Origin: Vicugna vicugna | Lineage: Eukaryota | Length of the DNA stretch: 64,000 bases | Assembly: GCA_013265495.1 (NCBI GenBank) | Contig: MU058257.1 | Span: forward strand, 441,418-505,417 | Reading direction: 5' to 3' | In this document: in pieces, positions 1 through 9,032 of the stretch | How the letters are laid out: each line of letters opens with the position of its first letter | Position numbering within the stretch: position 1 is the stretch's first letter | Made by a program: the position numbers and the translations under genes | The notes under the pieces: generated by a model | The model's input: the letters and a program-made list of their open reading frames with translations, nothing else | What the model was told of the DNA's origin: nothing | Database searches by the model: none

Positions 1-1359
1 TCTTGCCCCGCCCACAGCCTCCCAAGCCAGCTCTCAGGCAGCTTCAAGGCCGGCAGGTGGGTTAATGCGGGTTGCACAAAGGGATCAGTGTGACAACCGT
101 GACGTACGGCGTTAATTAAAATAAATTATTAATTAAATGAAGTGTGAGGACTCGGTCTTTCCCGCTGCGGGGTCCGCAAGGAGTCCAAAGCTATAGGGGT
201 CGCTGCGCCCCATGGAAAGAGGGGAGTTGTTCAAGGCATCTTTGAAGCCAGCCCTCTATCTCTGTTAAAGACCTTACAGCTAGAAACCTGAGCATGCGCG
301 CCTTTGCACCCGATTTTGCCCTTAAAATAGACCTTTAATTAAAAACACAAAGCCTGCAGGATGCTTTTGGGCCTCTCGTTCCTGGGGAACAGACCAACCG
401 TTGACATGCGGATGCTTCAGGTGCTGTGGACAGGTGGAATTACTGGATTGAACTGGTTGTATATGGAAAGCAGAAGTACTGATCTACTGTACCGGAGAAG
501 GGCAGATGCTGCAGGACTAGTGAAAAGGGAGGAAACAAGATGAGAAGGGAGGGAGAGCCGCCCTAGTTTGCATCGAAAGCACCGCGAGAAGGGATAAGCA
601 AGGACGTGGGCACAGGCGGCACAAGGCATCTGACCGCGAGGTCAAAGTCTCGCCAAGCAAGTGCCCCCGATTCTCTGGGCAACAGGCCCTTTCTGCAAAA
701 CAAGAAAACAGAATTTAGGGCGGGGTCCCAGGAAGCTATGAAGAGAGAGAGGGTCTGAGAGGTTTGTGCTGAAAAACAAGAAGGACGTCACATGGGGGAA
801 GAACTTGGTTTATGAATGAAGGGGCTGATACTGCCCAAATCAGCGGGATACGAAGCACGTTGTTGCGCGCTCCAGCTGATCACTGGTTAGGCATAAACGG
901 GGAAAAGAGAAAGAAATCCTAAACCGCACAGGAAAAGACTGATGTGCCCTCTCCTGGTATCCTGAAGGGTTCAATTTCTCCATTTAGACCGCCCGTTCCA
1001 GCCGCTTTCCCTGCCCAACCCTTAGCACCACCCTGAGGTTAACCCCCAGAGCAGGGCAGGGAGGGCTAGCAAATCAGCACCTGCCTCAGACCCAGTTCCC
1101 CAGAGGCCCTCCCTGACGGAGCCTGTTATAAGTGTCTGGGGTGAGCCAACTCCAAATGGCTTCTGCTGTTTTAAACCATATGAGAGAGAGAGAGAAAATG
1201 AATACAAGAGAAGCTCTTAGCAGGGAGGGGATAGGATTGGAGGAGTCATACACAAGGCTGCCCCGCCCCACGGGGTGGGGAGGTGGGAGGTACGTTTCTG
1301 GTAGAGGAACTGGTGGAGGTAGTCTTCTCCGGACCCACCTGCTCCTGAAGCGTTGGCTA

Positions 1360-1450
1360 CTCCCGCCACCGCTTAGTTACCTGACCTTGGACAAGTTACC
1401 TAATCTTGCTGTGCCGCATTCCCTTTATCTGTCAAACGGAGTCTCTAATA
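1360..1450 (+). mobile_element. MIR SINE fragment
   Basis: MIR core-like 'tgaccttggacaagttacctaatct...tttatctgtcaaacgg'. Confidence 0.6.
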
Positions 1451-1580
1451 CAGGTCCCAAATCCACAGACTCTGAGACTCCAAAGACTTTCTTAGTTCCA
1501 CTGGAGGCAAAACCTGACCCAAACAGATGTAAAGTTATTTACAGTCTTTGTTTACACCACTGGATGTGATTATTTGTTTC
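1451..1580 (+). mobile_element. Tc1/mariner-type non-autonomous DNA transposon fragment (MER46C-like)
   Basis: 'ggcaaaacctgacccaaacagatgtaaagttatttacagtcttt' resembles the MER46C consensus as recalled; interrupted by LTR sequence. Confidence 0.45.
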
Positions 1581-1588
1581 TTTGAAGG

Positions 1589-2232
1589 TGATGCAGGAAA
1601 AATGAAAGTGGGGCTAGGGGAGGGCCATGTCCCAGGTCTCAGCTGAGTCCCTGGGACGTGCCCCACCAGGTGTGGATCCTTGGCTTTGTGCAGGAAAGAA
1701 TTCAAGCGCAAGCCACCGCTGAGTAAAGGTAGATTTATTTAGAGAGACACACACTGCATACGATGTAAGGCAAGAGAAAGGCAAGGAAAGAGGTGTGGGA
1801 ACTGGGTGCTCAGGTTAAAGTAAAAGTAGGTACACACTCCATAGACGGAGTGCGGGCATTCTCTGAAGAGGAGGGAGTGAAAAAGGCCCGCTAGGTGTGG
1901 TGTTGCCGGTTTTTATGGGCTCTGTAGCTTCACGTGCCTACAGGTGGGACCGTTCCAACTACCATGGGGAGGGGGCTGGGATTCCCAGGAATTGGGCCAC
2001 TGCCCATTCTTTGGCCTTTTTCTGTTAGCCTTGGGATACAAGAGAAGCTCCTGCAGGCATGTTATTATCACGCTGTTACAATGAGCACATAATGAAGCTC
2101 AAGGTCCACTAGAAGTCAAACCTCCCACCATAATCGGCAAGGCCAACTGGGAGTTGAATCTTCCACCATTTTGGTGTTAAATCGCTGTCATTCTTTGAAT
2201 GGCTGTGCCATGCCCCCTTCCCTCATGTCTCA
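1589..2232 (-). mobile_element. ERV1-class solo LTR (MER41-like)
   Basis: TG...CA termini (tgatgcagg ... atgtctca); minus-strand AATAAA (tttatt ~1734); 'caggaaagaattcaagcgcaagcca...gagtaaaggtagatttatt' is typical of MER41-group LTRs; no clean TSD found. Confidence 0.65.
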
Positions 2233-2567
2233 AGAGTAGTTGGTTTCTAGTGGAGGGAGGGGCAGGGATATGATCCTGGGGGCAAACAGCCTTGGTAACA
2301 AGCAAGAAAGCATTTAACCAGAATGGCTGCAGTCTGGTAGACCGAGTATCCATCGCCCAAAAATCATCTCTAAAGATGTTCAGCCCTGAAAGTTCTAAAG
2401 GACAATGGGGGAGTAATCTCAGTTAATCATTGAGGTAGGCGGTCATGCCTGCAGGCGAGTCCTAACCAACTGTATTGAGTCTGCTCTTCTAAGGCTTAGG
2501 GAGGCCTGGGAGACTCCAACTTTCCTATAAACAAGGGAGTTGGTGTACAGGGTCCTGCTTCTTTTCA
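2233..2567 (-). mobile_element. Second, older ERV LTR fragment abutting the first
   Basis: Ends in 'gggtcctgcttcttttca', i.e. a minus-strand LTR start TGAAAAGAAGCAGGACCC; family not identified. Confidence 0.45.
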
Positions 2568-2612
2568 GGTGAATGCCAAGCAGTGTGTTTGGGTATTCAC
2601 TGAGACACTCAC

Positions 2613-2892
2613 TTGTTCACCTGGAAAATGAATAGTAACCTCAACCTGAGAACCATCACCTTCCCCATCTATACACTAGGCTATCAGATCCTCTACCTGG
2701 CCAACATTCTTGGAGGAACTGTCTTAGGCAACAGTGTGGAATGGAGCCAGTTACTCCTGGAGGCCAAAGCCATGCGGTTTTCAGTACTACCTGAAAACCG
2801 ACGCAGGGGATAATGAGCGCAGCAAGGCATGGTTGATGCATTTTCTGCAGGAGTTTGGCAACATGAAAGAATCTGGCCTGAAGAAGATCCAC
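2613..2892 (+). pseudogene. PTCHD3: Patched domain-containing 3 (PTCHD3)-like exon-1 fragment, frameshifted and unprocessed
   Basis: Translation LFTWKMNSNLNLRTITFPIYTLGYQILYLANILGGTVLGNSVEWSQLLLEAKAMR, then +1 frameshift (T run 2778-2781), then QYYLKTDAGDNERSKAWLMHFLQEFGNMKESGLKKIH. This matches the recalled PTCHD3 segment (..ITFP.Y....LYL....GG..LG....QLLL.AKAMRL.YYLKT......SK.WL.H....LKKI.). It ends at a GT (2893, gtaccc) and has no start codon or other exons in the window. Confidence 0.8.
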
Positions 2893-3225
2893 GTACCCAG
2901 TGCATGGGGGGGGGGGCAGGAGAAGGGAGGAGGGGTAAGAAGACGTGTTCCAAGCACCACAATAGCAGCACTCTCTGATTATGTGATGGAGTCCTTGACC
3001 TGAAGCTGGTTGTGCTCTACTGTAACTGGTACTTGTAACAGCTTCCTAAAATAACACACTGAAGGATGCCACACATCTTAAGTCCTTGGTAACGTTCTGG
3101 TGGAAAACACAAATCCTACATCCTCAAGGGAGGTCTGTTCAGTGCAGTCACTGACCTTCAAGTTTAGTTCTGGGGTTTGGTTTTCTAGTCAGATTACTTA
3201 GAATTTCTTAAACGTTTGTCTGGGC

Positions 3226-6200
3226 GAGTGACCCGGGCCAAGTGTGTGTCTTCAGGGCCAGTGACCCAGGCCAAGGGTGTGTGTTCAAGGCCAGAAACCT
3301 AGGCCTAGCATTGCCTTGAGGGCGAGAGACAGAGGTCCAGGGTGTCCCTTCAGGGCCATTCACTCAACCCCAAGGCGTGTCTTCAAGGCCAGTGAAACAG
3401 GGCCAGTGTGTGCCTTCAAAACCAGAGAAACAGGCCCAAGGTGTCCCTTCAGGGCCAGTGACCCAGGCCAAGGGTGTGCCTTTAGGGCCAGTGACCCAGG
3501 TCCAGGGTGTGCCTCCAGCGCCAGTGAACCAGGCTGAGTGTGTGACTTCAGGGCCCGTGACCCAGGCCCAGCGGGTGCCTTCAGGGCCAGTGACCCAGAC
3601 CAAGGGTATGCATTTAGGGACAGTGACCCAGGACCTGAGAATGTCTTCAGGGACACTGACCCATGCCAAAGGTGTGTCAGCAGGGCCAGTGACAAAGGCC
3701 CAGTGTGTGTCTTTAGGGCCAGTCACCCAGGTCCAGGGTGGGCCTTTAGGGCCAATGACCTAGGTCCAGGGTATGCCACCAGGGCCATGACCCAGGCCCA
3801 GTGTGTGTCTTCGGTGCCAGTGACCCAAGCCCGTGTCTGTCTTCAGTGTCAGTGACAAAGAACGACAGTGTGCCTTCAGTGCTATTAAACCATGCCCAGG
3901 TTATACACTCAGGGTCAGTAACCCAGGCCCAGTGTGTGTGTTTCACGGCCATTGACCCAAGCCCAGGGTGTGCCTTCAGGCCACAAATCCAGGCACAGGG
4001 TTACCAACAGCGCCAATGACCCAGGCCCAGGGTGTGCCCTCAGCCCCAGTGACCCAAGCCGAGCGTGTTACTTCTGTGCCAGTGACTCAGGCCCAGTGTG
4101 TGTTCAGGCCCAGTGACCCAGGCTCAGGGTATGTCTTCAGGGAGAGGGAACCAGGCCCAGGGTGCTAATTCAGGACCAGTGACCCAGGCAAGTGTGCCTT
4201 CAGGGCCAGTGACCCAAGGCCCATGGTGTGTATCAGAGCCAGTGAACCAGAACAAGTGTCTGTCCAGGGACAGTGACGCAGAACGTGTGTGTGTCTTCAC
4301 GGCCACTGACCCAGGTTCAGGGAGTGCCTTCGGTGCCTGTGATCTAGGCCCTAGGTGTGACTTCAGGGATAGTGTCCCAGGCCAATGGTGTGTTCAGGGC
4401 CAGTGACCCACGCCCAGTGTGTGCCTTCAACTCCAGGTACCCAGGCCAAGGGTGTGCCTTCAGGGTATGTGACCAAGGCCCAAGGAGTGCCTTCTGCACC
4501 ACTGACCCAGGCTCAGATTGTGTATCAGGGCTAGTGACCCAGACCAAGAGTGTGTCTTCAGGGCCAGTGTCCCAGGCCAATGGTGTGAATTCAGTACGAG
4601 AGACCAAGGCCAAGAGTGTCTTAAGGGCCAGTGACCCAGGCCCAGGGTGCTAATTAAGGGCCAGTCACGCAGGCCAATTGGGTATTCCAGGGCCAGTAAC
4701 CAAACCACAGGATATGTCTTCATGACCAGTGACCCAGACCAGTGTGTCTTCAGTGCATGTGCCAAAGCCCAAGGTGGGCCTTCTGCACCAGTGACCCAGG
4801 TCCAGGGTTTATTTTAGGGCCAAGTGTGTGTCTTCAATGCCAGAGACCTTCGCCCAGGGTGTGCCTTTAATGTCAGTGATACAAGCCTAAGCTGTGTCTT
4901 TAACGAAAATGACCAAAGCCCAGGTTGTGCTTCCATATCCAGTTACACAGGCCCAGGGTGTGCCTTCAGGGACATGGACCCAGGTTCAGAGTTTGCCTTC
5001 AGTGCCAGTGATCTAGGCCCTGGGTGTGTCTTCAGGGCCAGTGTCCCAGGCCAATGGTGTGAATTCAGTGTGAGTGACCAAGGCCAAGAGTGTCTTCAGG
5101 GCCAGTAACCCAGGCCCAGGGTGTACCTTCAACGCCACTGACCCGAACCCAGCGTGCCTTTTTCGCCAGTAACCCAGGCCCAGTGTGTGCCTAAGCACCA
5201 GAGACTTAGGTCCATGGTGTGTCTTCAGGGCCAGTGCCAAGAAGATGCTGTGAATTCAGGGCCAGTGCCCCAAAACCAGGGTGTGCCTTCAGGAACAGTG
5301 ACCCGACCCCATGTCTGCCTGCAGTGCCAGTGACCCAGAACGAGAGTGTGTCTTCAGGGAGAGTGACCCAAACCCAGGGTGCTAATTCAGGTCCAATGAC
5401 CCAGGCAAGTGTGCCTTCAGGGCCAATGACCCACACCCAGACTGTGCCTTCAGGGCCACTGACCCAGACCAAGTGTGTGTCTTCAGGGCCAGTGACCTTG
5501 GTTCAGGGTGTGCCTTTAGAGCCAGTGACCCAAGGCCCATGGTGTGTATCAGAGCCAGTGAACCAGAACAAGTGTGTGTTCAGGGACAGTGACCAAGGCC
5601 AAGGGTGTGTCTTCAGGACCAGTGACACGCCCAGAGTGCTCCTTCAGGTCCAGTCATCCTGGGCCAGGGTGTGGCTTAAAGGCCAGATACACAGGTCCAG
5701 GGTGTGCTTTCAGTGCCAATGACCCAGGGCAACGGTTTGCCTTCAGGGTCAGTGACCCAGACCAACTGTGTGTCTTCAGGGCCAGTGACCAAGGGCAACA
5801 TTGCGACTTCAGGGCCAGTGACCCAGGCCCAGAGCTGCCATCAACACCAGTGACCCAAGCCCAGTGTGTTACTTCTGTGCCAGAGACACAGGCCCAGGCT
5901 GTGCCTTCAGGGCCACTGATCCAGGCCGAGTGTGTGTCTTCAGGGCCAGTGGCCAAGGCCAAGATGTGTCTTCAATGGCAGTGACCTTGGTCCAGTGTGT
6001 GCCTTCAGTGCGTGAGTTTTCAGGGCTAGTGTCCAGGGCAATGGTGTGAATTCACTGCGAGTGACCAAGGCCAAGAGTGTCTTAAGGGCCACTGACTCAG
6101 GCCAACGGTGCTTATTCAGGGCCAGTAACCCACACCAATAGTGTGCCTGCAGGGCCAGTGACCAAGGCCAAGGGTGTGCCTTCAGAGCATGTGACCAAGG

Positions 6201-8310
6201 ACCAAGGTGTGCCTTCTGCACCAGTGACCCAAGCCCAGTGTGTTACTTCCCCACCAGTGACACAGGCCCAGATTGTGCATTCACGGCCACTGATCCAGGA
6301 CCAGAGTGTGCCTTCAGTGCCAGTGACACAAGCCCAAGGTGTGTCTTAATGAAAAGGACCAAAGCCCAGGTTGTGCTTTCACGTCCAGTGACACAGTCCA
6401 GGGTGTGCCTTTAGGGCCATTTACCCAGGTTCAGGGTGTGCCTTCAGTGCCAGTGATCTAGGCCCTGGGTGTGTCTTCAGGGCCAGTGTCCCGGGCCAAT
6501 GGTGTGAATTCACTGCAAGTGACCAAGGCCAAGAGTGTCTTAAGGACCTGTGACAGGCCCAGGATGCTAATTCAGGGCCAGTGACCCAGGCCAACTGTGT
6601 GTTCCAGGGTCTGTAACCAAGGACAGGGTATGTCTTCATGGCTAGTGACCCAGGCCAAGCGCGTGTCTTCAGGGCCAGTAACCCAGGCCCAGGGTGTATC
6701 TTCAGCGCCACTGACCCGAGCCCAGCGTGTGCCTTCTTCGCCAGTGACACGGGCCCAGGGTGTGCCATCAGCGCCAATGACCCAGTCAAAGGGTGTGTCT
6801 TCAGGGCCAGTGACCCAGGCCGAGTGTCTTCAGGGAGAGTGACCCAGGCCCAGGGAGCTAATTCAGGCCCAGTGACCCAGGCAAGTGTGTGTTCAGGGCC
6901 AGTGACCCATGCCCAGACTGTGCCTTCAGGTCCAATCACCCTGGGCCAGGGTATGGCTTAAAGCCCAGAGACACAGGTTAAGTGTGTGCTTTCAGTGCCA
7001 ATGATCCAGGGCAACGGTGTGCCTTTGGGGTCAGTGATCCAAGCCAAGTGTGTTTCTTCAGGGCCAGTGACCAAGGCCAACAGTGCAACTTAAGGGCCAG
7101 TGACCCAGGCCCAGTGTGTTACTTCTGCGCCAGTGACACAGGCCCAGGTTGTGCCTTCAGGGCCACTGATCCAGGCCGAGTGTGTGTCTTCAGGGCCAGT
7201 GACTCAGACCGAGAGTGTGTCTTCAGGGAGAGGGAACAAGGCCCAGGGTGCGAATTCAGGGCCAGTGACCCAGGCCCAGGATGTGCTTTCAGGGCATGTG
7301 ACCAAGGCCCAAGATGTGCTTTCTGCACCAGTGACCCAGGTCCAGGCTGTATATAAGGGCCAAGTGTGTGCCTTCAGCGCCAGTGACACGAGCCCAAGGT
7401 GTGTCTTTAACGAAAATGACCAAAGCCCAGGTTGTGCTTTCACGTCCAGTGACACAGGCCCACGGTATGCCTTCAGGGCCACTGACCGAGGCTCAGGGTA
7501 TGCCTTCAGTGCCACCGATCTAGGCCCTGGGTTTGTCTTCAGGGCCAGTGACCCAGGCCAACTGTGTGTTCCAGGGCCAGTAACCCAGGCCCATGGTGTA
7601 CCTTCAATGCCACTGACCCGAGCCCAGCGTGTGCCTTCTTTGCCATTGACACAGGCCCAGGGAGCGCCTTCAGCGCCAATGACCCAGTCCCAGGGTGTTT
7701 CTTCAGGGCCAGTGACCCAGGTCGAGAGTGTGTCTTCAGGGCCAGTGACCCAGGTTCAGGGAGTGCTTTCAATGCCTGTGATCTAAGACCTGGGTGTGAC
7801 TTCAGGGCCAGTGTCCCAGGCCAATGGTGTGTGCCAGGGCCAGTAACCAAAGCACAGGGTATGTCTTCATGGCCAGTGACCCAGGCCAAGCGTGTGTCTT
7901 CAGGGCCAGTAACCCAGGCCCAGGGTGTACCTTCAATGCCACTGACCCGAGCCCAACATGTGCCTCCTTCGCCAGTGACATGGGCCCAGGGTGTGCCGTC
8001 AGCGCCAATGACCCAGTCAAAGGGTGTGTCTTCAGGGCCCGTGACCCAGGCCGAGAGTGTGTCTTCAGGGAGAGTGACCCAGGCCCAGGGTGCTAATTCA
8101 GGAACAGTGACCCAATCCAAGCGTGTGCATTCAGCACCAGTGACCCAGGCCCAGGGTTTGCCTTCAACAACACTGACCCGAGACCAGCATATGCCTTCTC
8201 CGCCAGTGACAGAGGCCCAAGGAGTGCCTTCCCCACCAATGACCCAGGCCCAGGGTGTGTCTTCAGGGCCAGTCACCCAGGCCAACTGTGTATTTTCAGG
8301 ACCAGTGAAT
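3226..8310. repeat. ~5.1 kb minisatellite, 33-bp unit (consensus ~CAGGGCCAGTGACCCAGGCCCAGGGTGTGCCTT), roughly 150 degenerate copies
   Basis: Periodic GCCAGTGACCCAGG core is directly visible; some units are shortened; variant blocks recur (e.g. aacgaaaatgaccaaagccc at 4902 and 7409, variant at 6348). Confidence 0.97.
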
Positions 8311-9032
8311 TAAGTGAAAAATACGGTAACTTCGTTTATTTTCAGAACTCTTCTTTATTGTCTGGAACAACATGGAACTCGAAGATCAACGCCTATGTGT
8401 TGCCAATGGTAAGAAAGGACTCTGTGCTGAAGTCCTCCTGGCTTCTGTTCTCTAATGTCCCAGCAATGCCTCTGCTGTGAACGCAATTAAACGAAACGTG
8501 TACTCTGCATGTTCTGATACTGTTATGGCTATTTAATGATCAGTTATTTGCAGAGCCGTTCTTTATGACACTATGTAAAGTCACCTCCATACATTTACAT
8601 GTCCAGGTAGAGAAACTGAATTCAGAAAAGAACTTGCTTTAGTTTCCTTTTTTAATATTAAAACTGAAAGTCATTAAAGAGATCAACGTCTTTACTATTT
8701 ATATAATATTTACTAAACCTAGTGAGACTTACAAATCATATTACTAACTCTAGCTGAACTATAAAAGATTATGTATAAACTCAGAGAACTTATTCCATGT
8801 AGCAGTGTTATTAGTATCAACTTTCATTGATACTGGTGTTAAAGGGACACTGAAAAGAACAGGAGGAAAAAACTTGTAAATACTGGCTGAGTTTTAGTAG
8901 CCTGGTGTCTTTGTTGTTGTTTTGTTTTATATTTTTGGCCCTGAGATACCATGCTTATCACTACTGCATTAGTGAGAACAGTGCCAGGAGGTATTTAAAG
9001 TTCTACAGTTAAGGATTTAATCTCTTGGTTCA

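Noticed and set aside
1..1000. Moderately CpG-rich stretch with an NRF1-like GCATGCGC motif as a possible promoter
   Set aside because: No associated exon or ORF identified, and it is cut by the window edge, so support is insufficient
3226..8310. CRISPR array or true multi-gene cluster
   Set aside because: Units are contiguous with no unique spacers, the context is mammalian, and the many overlapping ORFs follow from a 33-bp unit lacking stops in four frames
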